The notes below the pieces were generated by a model. That model was not told the origin of the DNA. It worked only from the letters and a program-made list of their open reading frames with translations, and searched no databases. Position numbers and translations under genes: made by a program. Shown piece by piece: positions 11,428 to 22,173 of a DNA stretch of 64,000 nucleotides (position 1 is its first letter; each line of letters opens with the position of its first letter). This stretch comes from Campylobacteraceae bacterium (GTDB lineage: Bacteria > Campylobacterota > Campylobacteria > Campylobacterales > Campylobacteraceae), in assembly GCA_031270285.1 (NCBI GenBank), contig JAISXY010000041.1, positions 3,977 to 67,976 on the forward strand. The letters are read 5' to 3'.

Positions 11428-11865
11428 TTACGGTTTTTGAAGCGTTCGTCTGTGTATTGTTATGCGTTCTGTGCCTACGCCGGCATTTGACTGTACGATA
11501 GTGTCTATCAAAACGGTTACGCTTGAATCGGCTGTGGCTATAGCATTTGTACCTGCAAGCGTATTGCAGCCTGGTACTGGTAAACCATTTCCTATATACT
11601 GCATTATCATATTGATATTAAACATGCCGCCATATGTTAAAGTTATCTGATTGATACAATTACCAGTGGCTGCAATATCATGAGCAGAGATAGCCAAAAG
11701 CGCATACTCTATAGAACTCATAGCCAAAAGTTCAGCCTGCGCTTTAAGGTAAACATCACCTGTCTGTTTAGTCGTTTGCGTAGAGAAAGAGAGAGCCAAA
11801 GCACCGATAGTAGCTACAAAAACTATAAATGCTATAGCCATAATAAGTCCAAATCCTTTTCTCAT
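11428..11865 (-). CDS. Pseudopilin-like protein lacking Glu5 (MshP/GspK/PilX-like N-terminus)
   Basis: Starts MRKGFGLIMAIAFIVFVATIGALAL, has two Cys in the C-terminal half, and has an ATGA overlap with the upstream pilin gene. Confidence 0.55.
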   Translation of the reverse strand: MRKGFGLIMAIAFIVFVATIGALALSFSTQTTKQTGDVYLKAQAELLAMSSIEYALLAISAHDIAATGNCINQITLTYGGMFNINMIMQYIGNGLPVPGCNTLAGTNAIATADSSVTVLIDTIVQSNAGVGTERITIHRRTLQKP

Positions 11866-12752
11866 AGTACGACCTCCTCTTTACAAGTAACGATATAATC
11901 CCCTGCTCCGCTGCTCTGATCATCATTTAAGCAGAGTTTGAGGCGAATCGTAGAACCTGTCTGCCGCACTCTAAAGAGATTTACATTGTCTGCTAAAATA
12001 GCTCTTTCACCATCTTCATATGTTTGACCAAGCCAAGGTTGAAAATTATATCTCAATGTTAAAGTAAAATTCACACCAGCACCTTCAGGCACTATCGCGT
12101 AAGCTGTATGAGCGAGATAGTATTGCTCGTAAATAGTTTTTGGAACAACGGCGCCAACAATATTAAAAACGCTGTTACCATTTCTTGTTACTCTAACAAC
12201 ATAATCAGGATCCCAGCCGCCCCAGTAGCCCTCAACTGCTCCTACAGCGGTATCCGGAATACCTTTAAAAATGAGTGCGGCATTACCATTATCTAAAGTA
12301 ACTTTGCTATCTGTAAGTGCGCTTATAATATTATGCGCAAAAGCGAGATTGCTTCCCGGAGTCGAGAGAGTTTTTGCTGCGCTGTTGGTTCCTGCGGCAG
12401 CTAAATCTATAAAACCGCTCCATCCGGGATTTTGTCCGGCAGTGGTGAGCAATGCTTCATTGCTGTATCCTATCCACTGTATCACATTATAAGTATTATC
12501 AACTGTCGAATCAGACAATAACAAATCAATTGCGCCTTTATGTGCAATAGCTGTATCTTTGATGCGGTACTGGAGTCTTTTGGCTATCTGCTGCAGTGTA
12601 ATCTCACTTTGGGATTGAAGGTAGTTTATAGTCCTTGCCTGTATATAATTTTTATACATAGTCGCTATGATATCAGCGCCAATAGTGCCGATAATACCAA
12701 ATATGATGATAACAAGTATCAGCTCTATCATAGTAAATGCGCCTTTTTTCAT
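11862..12752 (-). CDS. Type IV minor pilin-like protein (prepilin N-methylation motif), MshO-like
   Basis: Starts MKKGAFTMIELILVIIIFGIIG. The start shares one nt with the upstream stop (TGATG). Confidence 0.7.
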   Translation of the reverse strand: MKKGAFTMIELILVIIIFGIIGTIGADIIATMYKNYIQARTINYLQSQSEITLQQIAKRLQYRIKDTAIAHKGAIDLLLSDSTVDNTYNVIQWIGYSNEALLTTAGQNPGWSGFIDLAAAGTNSAAKTLSTPGSNLAFAHNIISALTDSKVTLDNGNAALIFKGIPDTAVGAVEGYWGGWDPDYVVRVTRNGNSVFNIVGAVVPKTIYEQYYLAHTAYAIVPEGAGVNFTLTLRYNFQPWLGQTYEDGERAILADNVNLFRVRQTGSTIRLKLCLNDDQSSGAGDYIVTCKEEVVL

Positions 12753-13468
12753 CACCATTCTCCTGCGCTTCTTTTTAATAGCTCAAACTCTCCTATATTT
12801 GTAGAATATGCTCTGATCGTAATATCTACAACCGGATTAGTATTTACAACATTGATGGCTACCATTTTGATATTTGTTATGCCACCTGCATCGGCTATTG
12901 GAAAGTTAAAATTTATTATGTTTTGTGTATAATCAACACCGCCAACACCGCCACCGTCTCCGACATACCGTATAGTAGGGGTAAGTTTGAGACTGAACAT
13001 ATAATCCATATCTGCGGGAACAATAGTTAAATCCTGCACAAATCCATCAAAATCATCTACATCTCTCAAATTCGCATTCTTTCCCCAGTTTGCCGTTCCG
13101 TCAGCGGTAGGATAAGGATCGGCGGCAATGCTGTTTATAAGCCTCCTTCTGCCATAACCATCTATATTGCCTGATCGCATATTAGTACCGACTACTCTGT
13201 TAAATTCACTGTCTGCCGCTATACCGGCAACGGCCGAATCCGTTTCAAGTATCACGGCCATGCCAGATGAATCTAATGAATTCTCATCCCATGGACGTGA
13301 CAATATCGTCCCCATGTATGTCTTTGTCGCTAAAATAGCTTCTTGTTGCGTCGCGAGCTCAACATTATTGCTTGTCTGCATCATTATCAACGGAAAGCTA
13401 AGCGACACTATGCCTACAATAACTATCGTCAATATAAGCTCTATAAGCGTGAATGCTTTCCTTATCAT
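12752..13468 (-). CDS. Type IV minor pilin-like protein (prepilin N-methylation motif)
   Basis: Starts MIRKAFTLIELILTIVIVGIVSL. The start lies 1 nt after the stop of the 1801-aa gene. Confidence 0.7.
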   Translation of the reverse strand: MIRKAFTLIELILTIVIVGIVSLSFPLIMMQTSNNVELATQQEAILATKTYMGTILSRPWDENSLDSSGMAVILETDSAVAGIAADSEFNRVVGTNMRSGNIDGYGRRRLINSIAADPYPTADGTANWGKNANLRDVDDFDGFVQDLTIVPADMDYMFSLKLTPTIRYVGDGGGVGGVDYTQNIINFNFPIADAGGITNIKMVAINVVNTNPVVDITIRAYSTNIGEFELLKRSAGEW

Positions 13469-13469
13469 C

Positions 13470-16400
13470 TTACCAGTCCGCCTTCATTTTTGTTCTCTCT
13501 ACGGGAGTTGCCGGTATGACACCTCCTATACTATCGCCCGCCTTTACGCCGCCTTCTCCTGCCCATCCGCCCGTATCTCCGATGAATTTTACAGTGAAAC
13601 TAATATCACCTGCAGCGGCATTGATTGGATTATAAATCAACCATGGGCTTGGCACGGCATGAACCATATCTTGATAAGGCGTTTGACCTGAATTATTTGT
13701 AAAAGTTACGCTTTCAATGCCTGCTGCTGGCACTCCGGTAGGCGTAATTGCTATGTTGCCAACAACATTAGGAGTATAGCTGCCTGCAGGGATTATCCCG
13801 ACAGTTGCACTATTATGCCCCCTATTTACAAACCAGCGAGTGCTTTTTTTATCCATATCGGCTGCTAAATTTATACCATAATCTGCCATAACGCATGCAT
13901 CGCAATAAACCTCGTACCATACTTCTCCTGCTATCGGACTTTTTCCTTCGTAATTGTCCACAAAAGCTCTGCCGTAAAAGAATTTAATATTTTTATCTTC
14001 AATATGTACATCTGCTTCCTTAACATCTATGTCTGTTATGTCATCATTTTTAATCTCAAAATCAGTTCCGACATTAATTATAAATGGTTCTTCAGGTTTA
14101 TTTACACTTCGTCCAAAATTAAAGTTAAACCTTACATCGCTTACTTCGCCACTGTTAAAATGATTTTGCTCTACCGTAAAATCACCTATACCATCTCCAC
14201 CCGTATTATTATTGTCCAGTCTTACATTTGATTCTTCAAAAAATATCGCTCTTTCCTTAGTAGAGCCATCTCTACCACCCCAGCCTGCAGGTGCGCCATT
14301 TACAAGCCGTATAGTGTATGCTACATTATTTGCAAAGCAGTTTTGATGATAATTGGTAGCGGTAGTATCATCGGCAAGCCTTGCGGTTAGTTTTGTTATG
14401 ACTTCTCCTGCCATGTTGCCATCATTTGATAAATATACAAAATCTCCGCCGTCTGCTCCGCTGATAGTTACATCAGCAAAAAAATCTTTCGGGATAAATG
14501 TGATAATTTTGCCGGCAGTTGCTATATCGCATCCGACTTTACCGTCTGCATCATGAACGTTTGAAGTGCTATTTTTATTGCAATCCTCTTTTGTTCCCAC
14601 TATATCTTTACTTGTCCAATCATTATCAACAAATCCTGTAATCACCTTGCCGACATTATTATATTTCGCCGTCATGTCCGCTATGCCACTTATAAAATCA
14701 CCATGTGTAAGTTTAAAGTCTATGGCATCTATTACGCTATCTATATCCGCAGGATCGCAAAGACCTGGTATCTCAAGTGTTGTATTCCCGAGCGATATAG
14801 TATTTGTATATTGATCGTATGAAGCAGTAACTGTCCCATTTGTAGTAACAGCGATGAGATTGGCATGATTATCAGCGCCTCCTATGAGCTGACCAACTAA
14901 TCCGTCTATATTAAATTGCGCAGGGCGCATGGCAAATCTATCAGGCGAACACGCAGTAGCATTTGTTTCCATATCTTTTACTCTGAATGTTACCTCCCTG
15001 TAAGCATCGTTTATAGTAATATTATCTATATTAGTAACGCCACTGGTTATATTTTTTTCACCAAAATTTACAAGAGAGGCAGCACTTTCGCATTTCACCT
15101 GCTTTTCCGCAATGGTGTCACTGACCAAATACTCCGGATACTTTATCAGTTCTATCTCTATAAGTTTTTCATATGCACCGCCAAGGGTTGGATCTTCTAT
15201 TGTATTTGATGAACTATTTGTAAATAGAAGTTTAACATCAAACGATTTACCTGCTACCTGCGTATATAAAGCATTATCGGAGTGTAAAGCATCGTTAGAG
15301 ATAATATCGCCGGTATTTTTTGAAAATTTTTCATTTACCGCTCTATATGTTCCTATCGGCGGCTGTCCGGGTTCAAATGTATTAGAAAAATCGTAGCATT
15401 TTTTGATGGGACGGTTTTTAAATTCAAGCGACAGATACGCGTTGTCGTAGTCTATAAGATAAACATTCTCTTTTATGGTATTATTGGTAGTAAGTTTTGC
15501 TTTATATTTAAACTCTACCATATCCGATACATTTCCTAATGTTCTTAGCGTACCGCCTTGCGTTGCGCTCGCTCCGCGCCCGACATTGATGCGTATAGCA
15601 GAATTGCTGTACTGCGCCGTATCGTCTCCTATCGCATCTGTTTTATCGGAAAAAACCGAAGGCGAATCAAAACTGTTTTTTACACGCATAGAGCTTGTTA
15701 CATACTCCAAACCGTAATCCTCTATAAAAGTTTTATGTATCGTTACTTTTTCCGCATCCTCATGCTCTTTATGTTTAATTATCAGCGTGTACTCTACTAT
15801 GCCGTTTTTCGGCGGGAGATTGCCCGCTTGTATAGGCAAACCGTTATATGTTACATTCTCTTCATAACATATATCAGGATCATAAAGTTGTATAGAAGTC
15901 GCTACCATAGAAGGGTAAAAATGATCATTGCCATCATTCAGAATAACGGTAATATTATCATTTTGGTTTTTTATATGCTCGCCGATATCTATACTCTTCA
16001 AATCTATACCGTTACCGTTACGCGTGATAGGATATCTGTCTGCCTTGCCTATTGTGCCTGTAAGAATATTTTCATTACTGTTGCGAAAATTACCTGAAGA
16101 GTCCATATGGGAAAGCGGTTTGCCTATAAGCGCTTTTTTTTCTGCATCACTCAAAGTAGATGGGTGTGTAGCGATAAAGTTCGCAGGGTATTTTGAATTG
16201 TCCCTTACATAGTTATCACTTCCTTTTTTACTGGGTGTAATTCTTATATTATCTCCTGCAAGTCCCAACTCTCCTTCACCCGCAAATATATGCAAAAACG
16301 CATCTACATCGCCGTTTTTTGGCGTTAAAAAACCACCAATATAAAAACTTTGAGGCTCATCAACTTTCCCAAAACCGTTAAATACGCTTAAGTTTCTAAA

Positions 16401-18875
16401 TACTCCCTCTATATCGGGGTTTTCGGGATTCTCTTCATATATAACTACCATACTCCATCCGCCGTAATTTCCTATCTCATTAAGTCCTGCGCTTCCTCTG
16501 AAGTTCGCCGCCCAGTACTCGCCGTCAGCCGCTTCGGGGTTTATCATATCGGTGATATCTTTATACGCTCCAAACATCGCCGCTCCGTATCCATTTACAT
16601 ATATGAGCTTTTGCGCATATACTTCTTGGTAGTTAGCGCTTCCGGGCACTTTCAGCAAAATCTTTTCAACATCAAAACTATTGCTTGCGTAATGATTTTC
16701 ATCTGTATATGATCTGTATGGCGCTTGATGTCTAACAAACCAATACGGACTGTTGCGATCCACCATACCTATCCAAAAGAGTCCTGCCCACACCACTTTT
16801 GAATCTGCCGGCGTAGAGAGTCTCGCCATGGCAGAGTTATAAGTAGAGGAGTCGCTGTCCATATCAAGATAAGGCATCTGCTGATAGTTTGCTGTTTCGG
16901 TAAAACTTTTAGTACATACTTCGCCTGACGCTTTTGTCAAAAGACCTGCATTTACCAAATTGTTAAATCCTCCTGTTCCATCACCATAATCAGTTATACA
17001 TAAGAAACTATTGCCTATAGATTTTATATTGCCGTAGAGATTGCGCGTAGATAGGGGGTTAACTATTTCATAATCGCTGATGCCATTGTTTGCAAGCTCC
17101 TGTATCACAGTAACTTTCGGTAAGTATTTTATCTCTATCTCATAATCAGTTGTTACTTGGGTATTGGCAGAGTTGTATGCTCCTACAAAAAAATATCCCT
17201 TTTGCCCCGCTTTAACATGCATAACGCTATGCTCTATTTTTCTTGGATCTAACTGCTCATTTGTTATTTGTCCTTCAGGATTCATCCACCATGAGATAAG
17301 AGAGTTAGCGGGGAGTGTATTTGAAAATCTAAATTTTTGATCAGCTTTAAGCACATAATACATTGTACTTCCACCATCTCTAGAAAATTCAAAAAAAGCA
17401 CCATTTGGGTTATTATTACTACTGCATGGGGAAATCTTTGTGGATTGTATAAAATCAAGCGTTCTGCTGCCTGTAGCTTTTATTGTTATCTCTACCCTTG
17501 CGTCCATGCCTGCCGTAAACTCAAAAAACCGTCCTTTTCTATCGGTGTTGCTTTCTGAATTCGCTTTTCCCGATGTAGTCATAGAGCCTTTTATCACTCC
17601 TGCGGTAGGAAAAGGGTGGTTATCTAAAAAAGTAACCGAATCTATTGAACCGCAATTGTTTGTACCTGTAGAGTTTTGAGTATTACTGAGTCCATACAGT
17701 ATGGCTGTCGCACTTTCTTTTGTCAAATGCGCGCCTGTAAGTACTACCTTAAACTCTTTACTAAATGCCAATTGATCTGCCGTAAGGTTGCCTATGACTG
17801 TAACGGTTATAATTTTTGTCTTTTCGTTCGCTGCAAATGTTACTGTTCCGCTTTTGGCAATATAGTGTGTGCCGGCTTGCGCAGTGATATCCTCCGTATG
17901 ATAATCAACGCTCACAGGTACACTGTAGCTATTGTGGAGTGTAAAATTGGCGGTGATAGGGTTTGCGCTATTGTTGCCCGCATAGATAAAACCCGCATCT
18001 TCTATGCTGATAGCTCCCTGTTGCGCTTTGATAGTACCTATTGCTTCGGCATCCGTGATACGCACATCCCCGCTTTCTATAGAGACTGCGAAGCGTTTGT
18101 CTTCACTTAATGGAGCACTGTGCTGCAGTATCTTGACGGCTATATTTTTTTCCGTCTCTCCGCTGTTAAATTCAAGAGTGCCGTTGGCAGCTTCATAATC
18201 CACGCCCTCCTGCGCATTAAGCGGAACCGTCTTATAATCTATCTCGGCGGCAATCCCACTTGGATTATGGACTGCGAATTGCATATAAACATCAGAAGCA
18301 GTGTTTTGCTCTATCTGGGCATCATCTATCCATACAACGCCGTTTGCTATAATAGTGACGGATTTGACATAACCCTTATATGTTCCTGAACCACCACTCA
18401 CAGCAAAATCTATCTTAAGTTTTTTATCCACATCAAGTTTGGCATCATATGTAATCTCTTTAAAATACGAGTTGCTGGATGTTGAGCTACTAACTGCACC
18501 GGATAATCCGCTGAAGCTAAAAGTATGGGTTTCATTGTTTAATTTTGTATTGAGCGTATATGCACTGGCGGAGTTAGAACTCCTGCCAAATACAAATTTG
18601 ACCGTTACATTCTGCCCTATTTTAAGGGTCGGAAAGAAAAATGTCTTCGTAGCATTTTCATTCCTTTCAATCTCCAAACTATACGAACCTGCCGTAGATA
18701 CAGTTCTAATTACGCCGGAAGTTCCGTTAGTCCAACCTTTGCATACAAGCTCGTTAGGACAGTTCGCAGCAGCGGGGAAATCATCTTGGGCGACTATTTG
18801 CAGGTCGTCAACTGCCGACAATTGTGATAACAGTATGGTGGAAAGAATGGAAAGTATTATGGCTATTTTTTTCAT
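13470..18875 (-). CDS. 1801-aa secreted giant protein with two Calx-beta-like domains; MshQ-like pilus-associated adhesin (putative)
   Basis: Signal peptide MKKIAIILSILSTILLSQLSA|VDD. Residues about 181-395 (nt about 17691-18335) form two Calx-beta-type repeats (VDYEAANGTLEFNSGETEKNIAVKIL..., VDYHTEDITAQAGTHYIAKSGTVTFAANEKTKIITVTV). It is the first gene of an operon with three pilin-like genes. The MshQ assignment rests on context and size only. Confidence 0.6.
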   Translation of the reverse strand: MKKIAIILSILSTILLSQLSAVDDLQIVAQDDFPAAANCPNELVCKGWTNGTSGVIRTVSTAGSYSLEIERNENATKTFFFPTLKIGQNVTVKFVFGRSSNSASAYTLNTKLNNETHTFSFSGLSGAVSSSTSSNSYFKEITYDAKLDVDKKLKIDFAVSGGSGTYKGYVKSVTIIANGVVWIDDAQIEQNTASDVYMQFAVHNPSGIAAEIDYKTVPLNAQEGVDYEAANGTLEFNSGETEKNIAVKILQHSAPLSEDKRFAVSIESGDVRITDAEAIGTIKAQQGAISIEDAGFIYAGNNSANPITANFTLHNSYSVPVSVDYHTEDITAQAGTHYIAKSGTVTFAANEKTKIITVTVIGNLTADQLAFSKEFKVVLTGAHLTKESATAILYGLSNTQNSTGTNNCGSIDSVTFLDNHPFPTAGVIKGSMTTSGKANSESNTDRKGRFFEFTAGMDARVEITIKATGSRTLDFIQSTKISPCSSNNNPNGAFFEFSRDGGSTMYYVLKADQKFRFSNTLPANSLISWWMNPEGQITNEQLDPRKIEHSVMHVKAGQKGYFFVGAYNSANTQVTTDYEIEIKYLPKVTVIQELANNGISDYEIVNPLSTRNLYGNIKSIGNSFLCITDYGDGTGGFNNLVNAGLLTKASGEVCTKSFTETANYQQMPYLDMDSDSSTYNSAMARLSTPADSKVVWAGLFWIGMVDRNSPYWFVRHQAPYRSYTDENHYASNSFDVEKILLKVPGSANYQEVYAQKLIYVNGYGAAMFGAYKDITDMINPEAADGEYWAANFRGSAGLNEIGNYGGWSMVVIYEENPENPDIEGVFRNLSVFNGFGKVDEPQSFYIGGFLTPKNGDVDAFLHIFAGEGELGLAGDNIRITPSKKGSDNYVRDNSKYPANFIATHPSTLSDAEKKALIGKPLSHMDSSGNFRNSNENILTGTIGKADRYPITRNGNGIDLKSIDIGEHIKNQNDNITVILNDGNDHFYPSMVATSIQLYDPDICYEENVTYNGLPIQAGNLPPKNGIVEYTLIIKHKEHEDAEKVTIHKTFIEDYGLEYVTSSMRVKNSFDSPSVFSDKTDAIGDDTAQYSNSAIRINVGRGASATQGGTLRTLGNVSDMVEFKYKAKLTTNNTIKENVYLIDYDNAYLSLEFKNRPIKKCYDFSNTFEPGQPPIGTYRAVNEKFSKNTGDIISNDALHSDNALYTQVAGKSFDVKLLFTNSSSNTIEDPTLGGAYEKLIEIELIKYPEYLVSDTIAEKQVKCESAASLVNFGEKNITSGVTNIDNITINDAYREVTFRVKDMETNATACSPDRFAMRPAQFNIDGLVGQLIGGADNHANLIAVTTNGTVTASYDQYTNTISLGNTTLEIPGLCDPADIDSVIDAIDFKLTHGDFISGIADMTAKYNNVGKVITGFVDNDWTSKDIVGTKEDCNKNSTSNVHDADGKVGCDIATAGKIITFIPKDFFADVTISGADGGDFVYLSNDGNMAGEVITKLTARLADDTTATNYHQNCFANNVAYTIRLVNGAPAGWGGRDGSTKERAIFFEESNVRLDNNNTGGDGIGDFTVEQNHFNSGEVSDVRFNFNFGRSVNKPEEPFIINVGTDFEIKNDDITDIDVKEADVHIEDKNIKFFYGRAFVDNYEGKSPIAGEVWYEVYCDACVMADYGINLAADMDKKSTRWFVNRGHNSATVGIIPAGSYTPNVVGNIAITPTGVPAAGIESVTFTNNSGQTPYQDMVHAVPSPWLIYNPINAAAGDISFTVKFIGDTGGWAGEGGVKAGDSIGGVIPATPVERTKMKADW

Positions 18876-19092
18876 TAAACACCTCGCTTTTCGGGTTGAT
18901 ATACCGAAACTTTATTTAACGCTTCTCCTATTATACTCCAAATTTATTAAAAAGTGCATTATCATGTAAAAATTTTTAAATTGGCTATAAATATTTGCGA
19001 AATTATTTTGTTGCTTTGTTATTTTATCTCAAACTGCGAACAATTAGACGAATTTATTAAAATATATATTTTTAAATATTTTTAATTTTTTT

Positions 19093-19720
19093 GGATACCC
19101 GTTTTCACGGGTATAACGTAGAGAGTGTGTCCTTCCCGCTTCTCCTTTTGTCATTTCCATGTCCTCTTACGTCATTCCCGCGTAGGCGGGAATCCATCTT
19201 CTCATGACGATTATTTATCAAAAATATTCTCATATAAAAATATTTTTTGCATGTTTTTTTGGATACCCGTTTTCACGGGTATGACGAAGGGTGTATGTCA
19301 TTCCCGCGTAGGCGGGAATCCAAAACAAGCGAAGCGCTTTTGCGTAAGCAAAATGTTTCCTTGAAAACAAGTGAAGCGCTTTCGGCTTGCTGAAATGTTT
19401 CCTTGAAAGCGCATTTTAAAAACCTTGCAATATTCAAATAAGGTGAAGCGCATAAAACTAAAACCTTTCACTTTTTTGTATGTTTTTTCATGAAAACATT
19501 TTTGTTGCCTCTTTTGGATACCCGCATTCCTCGCAAATATCGTTTTTTACAAAAACGATTACGCTCGTGCGGGTATGACGAAAAGGGGGTGGATACCCGT
19601 TTGCACGAGTATGACGTAGGGGACGTGGATATGATAAAAAATATATCGGTGCTTGATCGTCCCGCAAGGATAAAACACACAGGTATAACGTGAGTTATGA
19701 CAAAAGGGAAGCAGATATGA
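19093..19720. repeat. Mosaic palindromic repeat array A (NIME-like)
   Basis: Type-2 cores GGATACCCGTTTTCACGGGTAT(GACG) lie at 19093-19114 and 19261-19286. Type-1 cores GTCATTCCCGCGTAGGCGGGAATCC lie at 19171-19195 and 19297-19321. A tandem 42-bp module (aaaacaagcgaagcgc...gtttccttg) spans 19322-19405. An expanded type-2 element lies at 19516-19580. Confidence 0.9.
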
Positions 19721-19749
19721 CAAAGTACATGAAGCAATGTACGGGCAAA

Positions 19750-22161
19750 TCACTTCAAAGCGATATCCAATACCTCTTCTATGCATGAAACGGGCACTAT
19801 CTGCATATTATCTTTTACCTCTTCGGGCAGTTCGTCCAAATCTCTTTCATAATTTTTTTTAGGAATTATCGCCGTTTTTATTTTGGCTTTGAATGCGGCG
19901 ATAAGTTTCTCTTTCAGTCCGCCTATAGGCAGCACTTTTCCTGTCAGCGTCAGCTCTCCCGTCATTGCCGTATCGCCCCTCACTTTTTTATCTGATAAAA
20001 TAGAAGCGATAGCGGTCGCCATCGTTATACCGGCGCTTGGTCCATCTTTTGGCACAGCGCCTTCGGGTACATGCAGATGCAGATCAAACCGTCTGTATAT
20101 TTCGCTGGGTTCGGGTGAAAAATTATCATTTTTCTCCGTTTCGGTAAGCGGTATGCTATCGGTATTTATCTTTAATCTGTCCTCATCTATCAATACTTTG
20201 ACAACACTTTGAGCAATTTTGGCAGACTCTTTCATGACATCTCCCAAAGATCCCGTAAGCTGCATATTTCCTTTGCCTTGAATGCGCACTGCTTCTACTT
20301 TCAAAACATCGCCGCCCACGCTTGTCCATGCAAGTCCGTTTACCTGTCCTACGACATCTTTTTCATCACTCTTTTCTATCTCAAAAACAGTTTTTTCAAG
20401 ATATTTTTTGACATTTTTCTCATCAATTTCTATTCTGCCCTCTTCCGTGAGCAGTTTTTTTGCGCTTTTTCTAAGTATATCAGCTACTCTTCGGCGAAGA
20501 TTTCTAACGCCTGACTCTCTTGTATAATTTTCTATAATAATTTTAACGGCGCCATCAGAAAATATCACTTCATCATCTTTTAACCCGTGTTTTTTTATCT
20601 CCTGCGGAATCAGATATTTTCTGGCTATCTCAAACTTCTCCTGCGGCGTGTATGAATTTAAAAATATAAACTCCATTCTATCCCGTAACGGTGCGGGGAT
20701 AGAAGATACATCGTTAGCGGTTGCGATAAATACGACATTGCTTAAATCTATATTGAAATTAAGATAGTAGTCTCTAAATCTATTATTCTGCTCGGGGTCT
20801 AATATCTCCAGCAAAACTGCGGTCGGATCGCCTCTGAAACTACGCGCTACTTTGTCTATTTCGTCCAAAACCACAACAGGATTCATCTGTACGGCTTCTA
20901 TAAGTCCCTGTACTATGCGTCCAGGCATTGCGCCTATGTATGTGCGTCTGTGTCCTCTAAGTTCGTTTACATCTTCCAAACCGCCAAGCGCTACGCGAAC
21001 TAAATTTCTATGCAGCGCTTTGGAAATAGAGTTGGCAAGCGATGTTTTGCCCACACCCGGAGGTCCCGCAAAGCAAAGTATAACTCCTTTGCTCTCTTTA
21101 TCCTTTATGCCGCGTCTGTCTAAAAGTTCTTTTACGGCAAAGTATTCTACTATGCGCTCTTTTGGTTTTTCAAGCGAATAGTGGTCGGTATCTAACTGCT
21201 TTTGTACATCATTTATATCAAGTTTTTTTGCCGCAGTATTTTCAAACGGTATCTCCAGCGTCCAATCCAAATAACCCTGAAGCATATTTGCATCGGCAGA
21301 ATCGGGATGCATTTTGGAGAGTCTGTCTATCTGTTTTTTTATCTCTTTATAAGCATCATCGTTCATGAAAGGCTTTTTGATCTCTAATTTTGCGCGAAAA
21401 GTTTCTAACTCCTCTTCGCGTTGAGAATCCGCCCCAAGTTCCTGCTGTATCTGCTTTAACTGTTCTTTTAAAAAATACTCTTTATTTATTTTGTCCAACC
21501 GTGAATGGACTTTATTTTTTATCTCTTTTTGCAGTCGGCTTGATTCTATATCATTATTGATATAGTCAATCAGCGTTACAACTCTCTTTTCAAGGTCAGG
21601 TTCAATAAACAGCTTATAAGATTGATTTTTCTTTAGTTTTATAGCAGATGCGATAATATCGCAGATACGCTCCGCTTCACTGTTGTCGTTTATCGTTTTG
21701 AGAAGTTCGGGAGAAACGGCGCCGCTTATGCTTGAGAGAGATTGTATTTTCTCTCTTAAAACAGCTAAAAGCGCATCCGATTTAAGAATATCCGGTTTTT
21801 GAATATGCAAAATCTCAACCAAACCTTTAAGCGGCTTTGTCTGAATATTTTTTATAATGCGCCCTTTTGCCATACCTTGAAAAAGTATCTTTGTACGCCC
21901 GTCAGGCAAAGATATTTTGCGCATGATAGAGCCTATGACGCCTATATCGTATATTCCTTCAAAGTCTCTGGATCCTTCTTCTCCGATTTTTGTAGGAGCG
22001 ACTATCAAAAGCGTATTTTTTTCAAGCGCTTCATTTACGGCAGAGATATTATCCTCGTCGTTTAAAAAAAGCTGCGTTATCATGAACGGATATAAAAAAA
22101 GTTCATCTTCCACTATAATAGGAAGTTCTGTTGGAAATGAGTTATAGTTGCTAAGCTGCAA
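19750..22161 (-). CDS. lon: ATP-dependent Lon protease
   Basis: 803 aa with Walker [10 protein letters not shown] and the protease motif [14 protein letters not shown]. Confidence 0.95.
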   Translation of the reverse strand: MQLSNYNSFPTELPIIVEDELFLYPFMITQLFLNDEDNISAVNEALEKNTLLIVAPTKIGEEGSRDFEGIYDIGVIGSIMRKISLPDGRTKILFQGMAKGRIIKNIQTKPLKGLVEILHIQKPDILKSDALLAVLREKIQSLSSISGAVSPELLKTINDNSEAERICDIIASAIKLKKNQSYKLFIEPDLEKRVVTLIDYINNDIESSRLQKEIKNKVHSRLDKINKEYFLKEQLKQIQQELGADSQREEELETFRAKLEIKKPFMNDDAYKEIKKQIDRLSKMHPDSADANMLQGYLDWTLEIPFENTAAKKLDINDVQKQLDTDHYSLEKPKERIVEYFAVKELLDRRGIKDKESKGVILCFAGPPGVGKTSLANSISKALHRNLVRVALGGLEDVNELRGHRRTYIGAMPGRIVQGLIEAVQMNPVVVLDEIDKVARSFRGDPTAVLLEILDPEQNNRFRDYYLNFNIDLSNVVFIATANDVSSIPAPLRDRMEFIFLNSYTPQEKFEIARKYLIPQEIKKHGLKDDEVIFSDGAVKIIIENYTRESGVRNLRRRVADILRKSAKKLLTEEGRIEIDEKNVKKYLEKTVFEIEKSDEKDVVGQVNGLAWTSVGGDVLKVEAVRIQGKGNMQLTGSLGDVMKESAKIAQSVVKVLIDEDRLKINTDSIPLTETEKNDNFSPEPSEIYRRFDLHLHVPEGAVPKDGPSAGITMATAIASILSDKKVRGDTAMTGELTLTGKVLPIGGLKEKLIAAFKAKIKTAIIPKKNYERDLDELPEEVKDNMQIVPVSCIEEVLDIALK

Positions 22162-22173
22162 AATCTATCCTTA

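Noticed and set aside
13167-18969. Antisense or alternative-frame ORFs inside the giant genes: for example 13167-13691, 15558-16097, 17676-18110 and 18439-18969; also 37216-37539, 40527-41048 and 41371-41712 in the 3267-aa gene, and 31914-34441 in the OMP gene.
   Set aside because: They lie fully within long, well-supported ORFs on the opposite strand. Their composition is odd (Cys/Arg/Ile-rich) and they show no recognisable motifs.
19093-19720. The repeat arrays as CRISPR arrays.
   Set aside because: There is no single direct repeat at a fixed period with unique spacers. The spacers themselves recur between arrays, two palindrome classes alternate, and no cas genes or leader are present.
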